Made by a program: the position numbers and the translations under genes. A DNA stretch of 64,000 nt from Promethearchaeota archaeon (GTDB lineage Archaea; Asgardarchaeota; Lokiarchaeia; Sigyniarchaeales; SOKP01): contig JAEOTR010000023.1 in the NCBI GenBank assembly GCA_016839705.1, positions 33,144 to 97,143 on the forward strand, given 5' to 3'. The notes under the pieces are model-generated. The model was not told the origin of the DNA, did no database searches, and saw only the letters and a list, made by a program, of their open reading frames with translations. Positions 20,243-30,967 of the stretch are shown piece by piece; within the stretch, counting starts at the first letter, position 1; each line of letters starts with the position of its first letter.

Positions 20243-21520
20243 TCATAAATATTCAGTTTTTATCTTCGAGAGCATAGCACAGATGATTATTATCGCTCCT
20301 AATAATATAAATGTTGTGCTTAAATTCCACATTACTAAGTATCCAATAAGGGGATAAAGTATCGTTCGTATGAGACTTGAAATCATATTTATTGTACTTA
20401 TAACTGTCGCTCTATTCTGTGATTCGATCTGGTTATTAATGCTTTTAATAAATATTATCCTCCTCGAGAATCCGAATCCAATTATTGATAGAATTAAAGG
20501 AATACTAATTGGAATGTAATAGATCAACGCCACTAGAATAAATCCAATTCCAGGTACTATGGTATATAACCGTAGAAATCTTCTCTTATTTCTCACCTTG
20601 TTTTCGAGTTTAGGAATAATATTGAAAAACACTATTTGTATAATTGTCATTGATGCGCCAATGAATCCAAAAAATACCAATTGAAAATTCAATGCTTCTA
20701 GATATAGTTGATATGTCCATATTAAGAAAAATACAATAGATTCAGTTGTTATCATTTCAAATGCTAATATCCGTAGAATTTTGTTATTTATGAGCTCCTT
20801 AAATCCAGATTTTATCACAGTTAAATATTTCTCCGCTTTTACTTCTTCCAGTTCGTGATTTGGCTCTTTTAGCGTTAGCGAAACTATTGTTGCTATGATA
20901 AATGGGAAAAACATGAAAATCATCACAAGGTTTAATGAAAAGTACGCGCCTATCATAGATCCGATTGGAGCTGAAATTCCAATTCCTATCAACATGAAGC
21001 TCCTATTCTTAGCAATCACCTGTGATATATCATTTTCTCTTCCAAGTTTTCTTAAAGAATCATATATAAAGGCTTGATCCGTTCCTGATATTAAAGCTCC
21101 TGCAAATGCCCACAGTGTTTCACCAATAACAAAGATGATTATATTAGGATAGCTTCCATAGATCAGTGCTGCAACCGCAGTAATGAATGCTCCGAGTATT
21201 AAAGAGAATTTTCTACTTACATAATCAGCTATTGCTCCACATGGAATCTCAAATAATAAAACCATCATTGTAAAGTAGCTTTGCAAAAGCATTACTTCCA
21301 CGAAAGTAAGTTTTCCCCACGTCATGAAAAACGGTAATAATACTCCTGAAATCAAATGAAGACCCATGAGAAAATTAAATAGATACGATTTCCATAGATT
21401 TGCATTCCATTTGTTTAAATCTGATTTATCATGAACAATACTTTGGGTTCCTTCTGTGTTTCCATTTTCTATGCTCAAGTTTTCGAATTCTTCATTTTTT
21501 TCACAATATTCTGCTGTCAT
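20243..21520 (-). CDS. MFS transporter
   Basis: EIPCGAIADYVSRK motif A, SGTDQAFIYDSL, about 12 TMs. Confidence 0.92.
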   Translation of the reverse strand: MTAEYCEKNEEFENLSIENGNTEGTQSIVHDKSDLNKWNANLWKSYLFNFLMGLHLISGVLLPFFMTWGKLTFVEVMLLQSYFTMMVLLFEIPCGAIADYVSRKFSLILGAFITAVAALIYGSYPNIIIFVIGETLWAFAGALISGTDQAFIYDSLRKLGRENDISQVIAKNRSFMLIGIGISAPIGSMIGAYFSLNLVMIFMFFPFIIATIVSLTLKEPNHELEEVKAEKYLTVIKSGFKELINNKILRILAFEMITTESIVFFLIWTYQLYLEALNFQLVFFGFIGASMTIIQIVFFNIIPKLENKVRNKRRFLRLYTIVPGIGFILVALIYYIPISIPLILSIIGFGFSRRIIFIKSINNQIESQNRATVISTINMISSLIRTILYPLIGYLVMWNLSTTFILLGAIIIICAMLSKIKTEYL

Positions 21521-21551
21521 TTTGATCCATTCTGAGTATTTTTTTATTTTT

Positions 21552-21821
21552 TTAGCAGAAGTTAAGAAGATTATAACAGGCTTTATTCGCTTCTAGATTT
21601 CGCAAGTAAGCTTCCTTTTCTTCACGATATCTCAAATTATATAGTTCATTGATTCTAAGCTGACATAATTTACGATTTTGGTTTTCTAATTTACCCTGCC
21701 ATTTTCGTAGTATTTGTACTATTAGCTCAATCAATTTTTCATTTAATTCTCCATTTGCTCTTTCTAGGCTCTTTTTATCTCTTAATTCTGCCCATTCCTT
21801 TAATTCTAACAAAATTTTCAC
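21552..21821 (-). CDS. Hypothetical helical protein
   Basis: 89-aa ORF co-oriented with and immediately upstream of the MFS gene. Confidence 0.55.
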   Translation of the reverse strand: MKILLELKEWAELRDKKSLERANGELNEKLIELIVQILRKWQGKLENQNRKLCQLRINELYNLRYREEKEAYLRNLEANKACYNLLNFC

Positions 21822-21915
21822 CTTATTTTTTATATTTTTTACTTTTTTTTTTTAATTTTATTTTTAAAAAAACAACATATTTGATTATCCTAAGTCAAAG
21901 TTATTGTGCACTCTA

Positions 21916-22178
21916 TCTTGTCTAGTATCAAAGAAAAAAAAGAAACAAGAATTTAGATCAAATAATGAAATAGGTGTAGTAATTGTATCGAAAGTGTTAA
22001 AGAGTAAAAGCTAATATTTGCCGAATTTCGTGTATTTATTAGGATATAGTATTAATGCTATGTACCTTAAAGTACATATACATTAATGTCATGGCCATTG
22101 ATTTACATATAGACGGAGTACGGATTAGAGTATCTCCATCGAACAATCCAATCCATCTATGATCTTTAAGTACCATGA
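21916..22178 (-). promoter_or_regulatory. Structured 5' leader with uORFs upstream of the MFS operon
   Basis: Nested stems 22178-22089, hairpin 22087-22051, and hairpin 21950-21916 enclosing a U-tract. Confidence 0.45.
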
Positions 22179-22315
22179 TTTATTCAACAAATATGTTTAA
22201 AAAATATATATTATATATTAATATTTAAATCTTACTGAAGATTTCGATTCTATGACTTAAGTGGGAAAAGGGTGGGTATTGATCCAATTATACTTCTTTT
22301 AAGAACTAGAAGAAA

Positions 22316-23755
22316 TTACATTCTGGCTATAAAGAGCTTAATAAGTTCAGTTGTGGCTTCACAATAAACTCTTGCCAGGGATTCTCTTTTGGCCTCGCTA
22401 AATATTCTTATTATGGGTTCGGTATTTGAAGGGTGAATTAAAACAAACCACTCCTTTCCTATTCCAAATCGGAGATCAAAATCAATTTGTTCTACATTTT
22501 CACCCTCATCTATTAGCTCTTTTTTTACCAATTTGATTATCAAAGCTACATCTTTATTCTTAATTTTTATGTGTTTTCTATGGGAAAAATACCTAGGTAA
22601 TTGAGCTACCAGAGCGGATATCTTTTTTCCGGTTTTCACTAAAATTTCTGTAATTTTCACGGCTGCAAAAATACCATCTCTGGTTTTGTTAAAATAAGGA
22701 TATATCAATCCCCCACCTGAACCTTCTCCTCCGAAAACTAATAGATTTTCAGCGTCATTTCTCCTTTCTTTAATCAAAGTGTTCATTTTTGCAATTAAAT
22801 ATCTCTCTCCTATGGAGGTTCGAAATACTTTCGCATTATATTCTTCTGCTAGTGCTTCAAATCGTAAAGAAGAAGCTAGATTTGTAATAATAATAATTTC
22901 TTTATTTGAATTATAATGATTTTTTAGATAATCTTTTGTAATAAGTGATAAACCAATATCCCCAGAATAGTAGGCACCATCATCCCCAATAATAGCTAAT
23001 CTATCTGCATCTGAATCGTGAGCAAATCCTAAATCAAACTTACCTTGCCATACTTCCATTATTAAATCTCGAAGATTTGTTTCTATTGGCTCAATTCCTC
23101 GAGGAAATGCGCTTTTAACAAGTAATTTATTATTAATCAATTTAACTCTGCAGCCCATATCTTTTAATATCTGAGGAGTTGCAAACTTTCCTGCTCCCGC
23201 TCCAGTATCAATCACTACTCTAAGCTTATTCCTTCTAGTAATATCTTCAAGATCAATCTGCTTGAAAAGATCCTGAGTATATTGTATATAGGGATTCAGA
23301 TTCTCTATATTATCATGTACTTTTTTTCTTTTAACTGAATAGGATTTTACATTAATTAAGTTTAGCTTGCTTTTAATGTATTCCATCTCAGCGGCTTGTA
23401 GAAAATTTCCGCTAGAAAGTAATTTTAAACCATTCCATTCCTGAGAGTTGTGAGATCCGGTAATAATGATACCGGCTGGAATGTTGAGATTACTTTTTGC
23501 ATGAATTATAATGGGAGTTGGGCAAATTCCTGCATTAAATATTTTAAAACCAGTTGCAATTAAACCATCAATAACCACCTTTTCAAATTCTTTTCCACTT
23601 GGTCGAGTATCTCTACCTATTATAACTCTTTTATCTTTGTCATTAAACCACAAACCAAATGCGATCACAATTTTCTTAACAATTTTAGGATTAAGATCTT
23701 TTCCAACTCTACCACGAATTCCGCTTGGAGTAAAAAGTAAATTTTCTTTTTCCAT
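22316..23755 (-). CDS. Phosphomannomutase/phosphoglucomutase-family mutase
   Basis: GIRG, GRDTR, TGSHN (phospho-Ser), DSDADR, GGEGSGG, PSNTEP. Confidence 0.93.
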   Translation of the reverse strand: MEKENLLFTPSGIRGRVGKDLNPKIVKKIVIAFGLWFNDKDKRVIIGRDTRPSGKEFEKVVIDGLIATGFKIFNAGICPTPIIIHAKSNLNIPAGIIITGSHNSQEWNGLKLLSSGNFLQAAEMEYIKSKLNLINVKSYSVKRKKVHDNIENLNPYIQYTQDLFKQIDLEDITRRNKLRVVIDTGAGAGKFATPQILKDMGCRVKLINNKLLVKSAFPRGIEPIETNLRDLIMEVWQGKFDLGFAHDSDADRLAIIGDDGAYYSGDIGLSLITKDYLKNHYNSNKEIIIITNLASSLRFEALAEEYNAKVFRTSIGERYLIAKMNTLIKERRNDAENLLVFGGEGSGGGLIYPYFNKTRDGIFAAVKITEILVKTGKKISALVAQLPRYFSHRKHIKIKNKDVALIIKLVKKELIDEGENVEQIDFDLRFGIGKEWFVLIHPSNTEPIIRIFSEAKRESLARVYCEATTELIKLFIARM

Positions 23756-23782
23756 CCTTTCTGCGTTATTATTAGTTTATTT

Positions 23783-24805
23783 TTAAATAACTATTTTATT
23801 TTGTTCTATACAATACTTTGCATATGTCAAAGCTCCTCTTAAGCCAATTTCATCTTGAAATTTTGTGAGTTTTATTTTGGGGGGATGATTTATAGAAAAC
23901 CTAATAGGATCCTTTTCGAACTGTTCAATTAACTCCGGGATTATCAAATCTTTATCATTCATCATTGCTCCTCCCAAATAAATTGATGAGCAATCATAAT
24001 AATTGTTTATTAAACCTATACCCACTTTCGTATAAAAAATACAATCATCAACAATTTTACAAGATAAAATATCTCCCTTTCTTGCAGCTTGGAAGACTTC
24101 CTTGGCAGTGATTTTAGTTGTATCATTCTCTATAATTTCTAACAATAAATCCGCATTTAACTTTCCTTCTTTTATCCCTTCCAAAGTTCTTAATTTTACT
24201 CCAGTTCCAGAGCTATATGCCTCCCAGCACCCATAAGCCCCACAATTACACCTAACTTTACTTTTGGGATTGACTATTCCATGTCCAATTTCAGCAGCAT
24301 TACCCTCTTTTCCTAGTAATAAATGGCCATCGCAAATAACTCCTCCTCCAATTCCCGTCGACATCGTAATATATACTACATTATCTTTTTCATTTTCTTC
24401 TGCTTCAAAATAATGAACACCTAAAACACCTCCGCTACCATCATTAATAAAGTATATAGGAATCCTTGGAAATTGATTTTCAATTGGGTCCCTTAATGGG
24501 ATGATCCGAAAACCTAAATTTGCATTGTTGAAAACAACTCCAGTGTCAGTATTTAAAGGGCCTGCAGAGGCAATGCCTATGGCTAATAGCTCATTCTTCC
24601 TAATTTGATTTTCTTTCAATAATTTTAAAAGTATCTCACATATTGAAGTGCTGATAGAGAATTTATTCTCTTTTAAGGTTCTCGTTGATTTTTTCTTTAA
24701 ATTTACTTCATTCAAATCTATTGTACATATTGCAACCCGAATCCAGGTACCACCAATATCAACACCTGCAATATATCCTTCTACTATTTTTTTCACCCAT
24801 ATCAA
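23783..24805 (-). CDS. ROK-family sugar kinase (glucokinase)
   Basis: GVDIGGT, ND, STGIGGG, EIGH...CNCGAYGCWE. Confidence 0.92.
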   Translation of the reverse strand: MIWVKKIVEGYIAGVDIGGTWIRVAICTIDLNEVNLKKKSTRTLKENKFSISTSICEILLKLLKENQIRKNELLAIGIASAGPLNTDTGVVFNNANLGFRIIPLRDPIENQFPRIPIYFINDGSGGVLGVHYFEAEENEKDNVVYITMSTGIGGGVICDGHLLLGKEGNAAEIGHGIVNPKSKVRCNCGAYGCWEAYSSGTGVKLRTLEGIKEGKLNADLLLEIIENDTTKITAKEVFQAARKGDILSCKIVDDCIFYTKVGIGLINNYYDCSSIYLGGAMMNDKDLIIPELIEQFEKDPIRFSINHPPKIKLTKFQDEIGLRGALTYAKYCIEQNKIVI

Positions 24806-24890
24806 TTTATTGTTATCTGATTAAATAATCTTAATCAATAATAGTTTTTCATTAAAATATATACAAAACCGTTGATAAAAAATATCTATT

Positions 24891-25688
24891 TTAATAAAAA
24901 TTGATTGTAATACTCTTATCTTGAATCAGGTCTTCAAGATATTTGACAATTTCATTTTTTCTGGTATCATCAATGCTATATACATAATACTCAGCAGGAA
25001 TCCTTGCGGTTGTGTATATTTGCACTAAATCAGGTTTTATCCTTTTCAATGCTAGGGCTAATTTGTCTAAATTTGAATTATTATTATTTGATGTAAAATC
25101 TCTGTTGTAAGAATTGTAAATTAAACTTTGAATAACTAATTTATGATCAACCGTCTTTTCTTCTCGAAGTTTCACTAATGAATTTATTATCGCTTCAATA
25201 TTCGGTGATTTATTATGGGGACGATTAGTTCTTTTAAAATCGTCATCTGTAGCCACATCTAGTTTAGCTAATATAAACTCAAATTGTTTTACTCTTTCTC
25301 TAATCTCTTCTAAATATAGTGTGCTGGAATTAGTAAAAAGAGTAAGTAAGGGTTTTTGCCCTGTCCATTCACAATTTTCCCTCACCTCATAAGCTATATT
25401 TAGAAAATCCAATAAATGATCATTCAAAGTTGGTTCTCCATTATAACCGAAAGTAATTGAATTCAAATGAGGAACTAGTGATAGAATAGAAGCTAATTCT
25501 TTTCTAAACTTGGAAGAGGGTGGAAATTTTATTCTAAAATTTGGAGGTACTAAATTTTTTTTATCAGTACTACCTATCTCGCAATATACACAGTTAAAAG
25601 TACAAACCTTATAATTTGGTAAAACATTGATTCCTAATGAAAGGCCTAATCGTCTTGATTGAAAAGGTCCATAAGTGTAATCACGCAT
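24891..25688 (-). CDS. Radical SAM Fe-S oxidoreductase (TYW1/COG0731-like)
   Basis: YGPFQSRRLGLSLGIN, CTFNCVYC, GEPTL. Confidence 0.88.
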   Translation of the reverse strand: MRDYTYGPFQSRRLGLSLGINVLPNYKVCTFNCVYCEIGSTDKKNLVPPNFRIKFPPSSKFRKELASILSLVPHLNSITFGYNGEPTLNDHLLDFLNIAYEVRENCEWTGQKPLLTLFTNSSTLYLEEIRERVKQFEFILAKLDVATDDDFKRTNRPHNKSPNIEAIINSLVKLREEKTVDHKLVIQSLIYNSYNRDFTSNNNNSNLDKLALALKRIKPDLVQIYTTARIPAEYYVYSIDDTRKNEIVKYLEDLIQDKSITINFY

Positions 25689-25756
25689 ACTAAACTTTCT
25701 TAGTAATTTGATAAATCAATTTTATTCCAATTGTATTATTCATTCTTTTAGACTGA

Positions 25757-26488
25757 TTAATTATTTTTTAAATTATATCTAATAAAATGTTCTATTGCTT
25801 TATTTACTTGTTTAGGTTGTTCTAACATTACTAAATGCCCTGCTTTCTCAATTACTACAAGTTCAGAAATATTAATTTTTTTATGAAAAAATTCGGAGTA
25901 TTTTACAGGAGTCATATCATCTTCCTTACCAACTAATATTAAACAAGGAGTATTGATTAAGGCAGTTTTATCAAGTGTATCAAATCCATCACAAATTCTA
26001 TAATCATCATATATAACTTTCGGGTCAGTTTTCAAATATTCCTTTTTAAGATCATCCCCCATATCATCTATAAACATTTGAAAGTTATTTTTCACAGTTT
26101 CCAAGATTGAGGGCAAAACTCGCAATCTACACCCGGTCCCAATTAAAATTAAAGCAGAAACATCATCAGGGTATTTAAAGTAGAAATCTTGAATAATTGC
26201 TCCTCCTAAGGAATGTCCTGCTAAAATCACCTTTTCAACTTTTAAATAATCTATAAACGATCTAAGGACATCAGTGTATAAATTTAAGGAGAGTTCTTGA
26301 AAATCATCAGAATTATTATGAGAAGGTAAATCAAGTGCATATATATTATAACTTATTCCTAGTTTTAATTGATCCTTCCATATATTTGAATTTCCACCTG
26401 AACCATGTATAAAAATCAGTACCTGGTTCGAATTATTACTTTTTATCTGATAAAATACCTTTTTTCCAGAATAGTTAAAAAACGGAAT
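25757..26488 (-). CDS. Alpha/beta hydrolase, 243 aa; probable ATT start (the track starts it too late, at 26230)
   Basis: The open frame extends upstream: PFFNYSGKKVFYQ...LIFIHGSGG...ALDLPSH...GHSLGG...AGH. AGGTGTG SD lies 5 nt before ATT at 26488. Confidence 0.85.
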   Translation of the reverse strand: MPFFNYSGKKVFYQIKSNNSNQVLIFIHGSGGNSNIWKDQLKLGISYNIYALDLPSHNNSDDFQELSLNLYTDVLRSFIDYLKVEKVILAGHSLGGAIIQDFYFKYPDDVSALILIGTGCRLRVLPSILETVKNNFQMFIDDMGDDLKKEYLKTDPKVIYDDYRICDGFDTLDKTALINTPCLILVGKEDDMTPVKYSEFFHKKINISELVVIEKAGHLVMLEQPKQVNKAIEHFIRYNLKNN

Positions 26489-26541
26489 AAATTCACACCT
26501 AAATATTTTGTTATAACAAATATGAAAATTATTTGGTAAAT

Positions 26542-29097
26542 TTATTCATTTGTATTAACATCACTACGCTGCATTTCAAGGAGACGTTTATATTTTCCAT
26601 TTAAAGCTAACAAACTCTCATGATTTCCTTCTTCTATTACATTTTTCTTCTTAGAGTCTAAAACGATTATAAGGTCCGCATTTTTTATTGTCGAAAGACG
26701 ATGTGCTATAATGATAGTAGTTCGTCCTTCGCGTGCTTTATTTAAGGCATCTTGAATCAATGTCTCTGTATAGGGATCTACTGAAGATGTAGCCTCATCT
26801 AGAATTAAAATTTTAGGATCCGTTATTAATGCTCGAGCAAAAGCAATTAATTGTCTTTGCCCAACGGAGATATTTGATGCATTTTCCTTTAGCTTTGTAT
26901 CATATTTTTTATACAAAGTCTCGATAAAATTATGTAAACCTAAAAATTTTGAAACTTCAACCATTCTCTCCTCGTCTTCTGGAGTTGGATTTTCATATGC
27001 ATACAGAAGATTTTCCTTTATAGTTCCCGTAAAAAGAAATGCATCTTGAGGAACTAATCCAATCAAACCCCTTAGATCCTTCTTACGAACGTTCTTGATA
27101 TTAATATTATCAATTAGTATATTTCCATTATTCGTATCATAAAATCGAGCAATTAGTTTAATTAATGTCGTCTTACCCGCCCCAGTTTCCCCTACAATAG
27201 CTACCGTAATTCCTGCTGGTATTTTAACAGAAATATCTTTTAAAACATATCCCGTAGATTGTTTATGTTGGATGAGTGTTTTCTGCTCAATAATGGCATC
27301 TTTAACTATTTTTGGAATCTCTTCGTATATTTCTGGAGGAATCATTATCGTTGCAAGCATTTGGAGCATAGACTGACGTGACATTTGACCCATACTCCCC
27401 CCCATCATACCGCCTCCTTCTCCCCCCATCCCACTACTTCCTTGTATTCCTTTACTTGAAGTAAGGGATCTCTCTAAAAATTTCACCATCATAGAAATTG
27501 CTTCTGGAGGCATCATACTCCCAAATGAAAATGGTGCACTTTCTGTTCCTTCCTTCAACGGTTGACTTATTTCACTCTCATGCTCGCCTGTAAAGGAGAT
27601 TTTATACTCAGGATGCGTTTTTGCAAATTCAGTATCAGGAACAGCATAGTTTAACTCTCCAAGAAAAGTATCAATTTTATTTGGAATTTCTTCAGACTTT
27701 GCTCCCATTAAGTTAAACATTAATTTTCGTGTTAAGTCTTGTGGCATATGCATTATATTTTTCATAATAAATGATGAATATGGTTCGGGAAAAGTTTTGA
27801 TAAATTCAATGGCTCGTTTCATCATGGGATCCTGCTCCATACTTCTAGGATCATGCACCATGGGTTTTACTGGTTCCTCACTTGTGTTGGTTTGTTCATT
27901 ATTTATAATATACCCGAAACTCGCGTTTTCGAATTCGATAGAGCCTTTTACCTCATTAAAAAATAATGGTTCTTCATCATCGGCAATTTCCACTTTTTCT
28001 TCTAATAAAGAATAGATACGATCGCTTGCTGCCAGTGAAGAATTTATGACCTGTTGAATTTGCATCAACATCATAAACGGTTGGAAAAATTGCCCTAAAA
28101 TAGTAATATATGCACTTAGCACACCTACTGTAACTGTAATACCGAAAATTGAAACATTGCCTAGTATTACAAATCCACCAGCTAATAAAATGCACGCAGT
28201 AAGGATTGTTGTTATTACATTTATTAACGGGAATATTGTTGCCATATATCTCCGTATTCTTATCATTGCGTTGTAGTTTGCTTTATTTGCGTGATCAAAT
28301 TCTGAAGACGCTTTTTTTTCTTGTCCATAAGCTTGAACTACTTTTGCACCACCAATATTTTCTTGTATTGAGGAAGTTACCCTGCTAATCGTCTTCCTAG
28401 TTTCCTTAAATAATCCAATTGCCATTTTCCTAAAAAATCTTGTTATAAGGAGGAATATCGGGAAAATTGGCAGGCTAATTAAAGCTAAAAATGGATTGAG
28501 TATAAACATAAATAGCACAGTAAACGCAATTGAAACTATACTCGATATTATTTGAACAAATTGACCTCCTACTAACTGATTAAGCAAAGTAACATCATTA
28601 GTAGTTATAGACATAATATCTCCCGATGATCTTTGATCAAAATAAGCTAGGGACATGTCCTGCAATTTATAGAACAAATCATTTCTTATATCGTAAGTAA
28701 CTCTCTGAGAAATTTTTCCCATCCCATATTGTGAAAAGAAACTAGTTATCGCCATAAATAATAATAATGAGAAGTAGATGACGCTCATCAATAGTATGAA
28801 CGGGATATTACCCGCAATGATCCCTTTATCAATAATATTAGCTGTAATCATTGGTGTGAATGAAGTTATTATCGTACCCATTAGTAAAAAGATTAGATAA
28901 AGAGAAAATTTCCATCGAAATGGTTTTAAATATGAAAATAACCATCTCCATAATTTACCTCTTGAATGCTCTAACTCTGATGCGTCAATGTCCATCATGA
29001 ATTTATGGTGAGTACCTGCAGTGGGTTGGATTATTTCTTGTTGTTCTTCCTCATCTTCTTCCTGTTGAACTTCTTCCTGTTGGTTTTTAATTACCAA
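26542..29097 (-). CDS. ABC exporter, fused TMD-NBD, with a large insertion in the NBD
   Basis: GETGAGKT, ISVGQRQ, ILDEATSSVD, AHRLSTI. Confidence 0.93.
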   Translation of the reverse strand: MVIKNQQEEVQQEEDEEEQQEIIQPTAGTHHKFMMDIDASELEHSRGKLWRWLFSYLKPFRWKFSLYLIFLLMGTIITSFTPMITANIIDKGIIAGNIPFILLMSVIYFSLLLFMAITSFFSQYGMGKISQRVTYDIRNDLFYKLQDMSLAYFDQRSSGDIMSITTNDVTLLNQLVGGQFVQIISSIVSIAFTVLFMFILNPFLALISLPIFPIFLLITRFFRKMAIGLFKETRKTISRVTSSIQENIGGAKVVQAYGQEKKASSEFDHANKANYNAMIRIRRYMATIFPLINVITTILTACILLAGGFVILGNVSIFGITVTVGVLSAYITILGQFFQPFMMLMQIQQVINSSLAASDRIYSLLEEKVEIADDEEPLFFNEVKGSIEFENASFGYIINNEQTNTSEEPVKPMVHDPRSMEQDPMMKRAIEFIKTFPEPYSSFIMKNIMHMPQDLTRKLMFNLMGAKSEEIPNKIDTFLGELNYAVPDTEFAKTHPEYKISFTGEHESEISQPLKEGTESAPFSFGSMMPPEAISMMVKFLERSLTSSKGIQGSSGMGGEGGGMMGGSMGQMSRQSMLQMLATIMIPPEIYEEIPKIVKDAIIEQKTLIQHKQSTGYVLKDISVKIPAGITVAIVGETGAGKTTLIKLIARFYDTNNGNILIDNINIKNVRKKDLRGLIGLVPQDAFLFTGTIKENLLYAYENPTPEDEERMVEVSKFLGLHNFIETLYKKYDTKLKENASNISVGQRQLIAFARALITDPKILILDEATSSVDPYTETLIQDALNKAREGRTTIIIAHRLSTIKNADLIIVLDSKKKNVIEEGNHESLLALNGKYKRLLEMQRSDVNTNE

Positions 29098-29110
29098 ATT
29101 TTTACCCTCC

Positions 29111-30901
29111 CTAATTGGTTCCCTCTTCTAATTTAATTTTTGATTTTTGTTTTTGATACAATGTTTGGTAAATTTGGTTGTATAGAACATTTGAATCTAT
29201 TAGTTCTTCATGCGTACCAAATCCTACTACTCTACCCCTATCCAAAATTACAATATAATCTGCGCCTCTAATTGTAGAAATTCTTTGAGTAATTATAATT
29301 GTAGTCGTTCCTTTCATAATTCTTAATAATTCTTTTTGAATTTGATATTCCGTCTCTACATCTACTGAACTTGTAGAATCATCGAGAATTAAAATTTTTG
29401 GCTTGATTAGTAAAGCACGAGCTATTGATAAACGTTGTTTTTGACCTCCTGATAGTCTTGTACCTCTTTCCCCAACAATAGAATCATAACCCTTAGGTAA
29501 AGTCTCAATAAAATCATGTAGATTAGCAATCTTAGATGCTTCTATTATTTCATCCTCGGTTGCTTCTTCCTTCCCATAGGCTATATTTTTTGTTATACTT
29601 TTATTAAAAAGAAATGTTTCTTGAGACACGATACCAATATTTTTACGTAGATCCTTTACTACGTATTCACGAATATCTCTGTTATCAATTTTTATGCTCC
29701 CTTCATTTACTTCATAAAAACGTGGTATTAAGTTTATAATTGTAGATTTCCCTGATCCTGTTGTCCCCAATATTGCTATTGTTTTTCCGCTAGGTATATT
29801 AAATGATACATTTTTTAAGATTCTGTGATCATGAGTATATCCGAAGGAAACATCATCAAAAACAATTTCACCTTTTAATTCAAAAGATTCATCATCAACA
29901 ACAATTTCACCATTTACTATTGGAATAGCGTCAGGAAGGTCCTTAATGTCTGGAGTTGATTCCAAAACCTCTCTGACACGAGTGAGTGCCGCATCTGCCT
30001 GAATGTAAGCTAACATTATCTGACCAAACATCATTAACGGAAAACCAAGAGCCATTATATAGGATTGAAGCGTAACTACAGACACCAATACCAACGGGTC
30101 TTCAATAAACTGAATACCACCTATTACTAGATTAAATATTGTCACAATACCAATAATTATGTAAATTGCAGGTGCATATAGCGAATTGAATTTCACTGAG
30201 GAAACACTGGCATCATAAAACCTTTTGTTGTGTACTAAAAATTTTTGTCGTTCCTTATCTTGAGTACTAAACATGCGTACTACTTCAGCACCAACAATAT
30301 TCTCCCGTATTGTATTTGTTAAATCACCAAAGCTTTCCCTTGTTTCCAAAAAAATTGGTTTTAGCTTCTTCGCAATAAAATATGAGAGAAAAAGTGAAAA
30401 AGAAATTACAATTACTAATATAAAAGATAATTGAATATTAAATAGTACAAACATAATAATAACTCCTCCTATTTGAAGTGTGGATTGAAGTCCTAATGTT
30501 AAACCCATCCCAAAAATCATTTGAGTCTCTTCTATATCGCTTGTGGCACGAGATATTAATTGACCCGTTTCAGTTTTATCGAAGTAAGAGAAAGATTGCC
30601 GATAAATGGCACTACTTATATCTGTGCGAAGATGATAAATGGCTCTTGAAGAAACTTCTGCACCTCTAAGTCTGGAAGCTCTATTCGTTATATACCTTAA
30701 AAAGGAAAACAACAAGATAAATCCGAAATTAATTAAAAACGTTATTGCAGGTTGACTTGATTGGAGTCCCCCTACCATTCTCCCAATAAAAACTGGGGTG
30801 ATCATGTAAAAAATTGTTGAAACTACTAAATATATAAATTCAAGAATGAAATACTTCCTCGATCTCAACCAATATTTAAAAATCATCCGAGCTGAATTCA
30901 T
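29111..30901 (-). CDS. ABC exporter, fused TMD-NBD (heterodimer partner with degenerate site)
   Basis: GTTGSGKS, LSGGQKQR, ILDDSTSSVD, TQR. Confidence 0.94.
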   Translation of the reverse strand: MNSARMIFKYWLRSRKYFILEFIYLVVSTIFYMITPVFIGRMVGGLQSSQPAITFLINFGFILLFSFLRYITNRASRLRGAEVSSRAIYHLRTDISSAIYRQSFSYFDKTETGQLISRATSDIEETQMIFGMGLTLGLQSTLQIGGVIIMFVLFNIQLSFILVIVISFSLFLSYFIAKKLKPIFLETRESFGDLTNTIRENIVGAEVVRMFSTQDKERQKFLVHNKRFYDASVSSVKFNSLYAPAIYIIIGIVTIFNLVIGGIQFIEDPLVLVSVVTLQSYIMALGFPLMMFGQIMLAYIQADAALTRVREVLESTPDIKDLPDAIPIVNGEIVVDDESFELKGEIVFDDVSFGYTHDHRILKNVSFNIPSGKTIAILGTTGSGKSTIINLIPRFYEVNEGSIKIDNRDIREYVVKDLRKNIGIVSQETFLFNKSITKNIAYGKEEATEDEIIEASKIANLHDFIETLPKGYDSIVGERGTRLSGGQKQRLSIARALLIKPKILILDDSTSSVDVETEYQIQKELLRIMKGTTTIIITQRISTIRGADYIVILDRGRVVGFGTHEELIDSNVLYNQIYQTLYQKQKSKIKLEEGTN

Positions 30902-30967
30902 ATAATTTAATCTCTATATCTTTTCCTCTATTGTCTTAATTAACATTGTAAACAGATCCAATTAACG

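Noticed and set aside
27250-27909. Possible intein in the ABC ATPase
   Set aside because: No N-terminal C/S block, no terminal HN followed by C/S/T, no LAGLIDADG motif.
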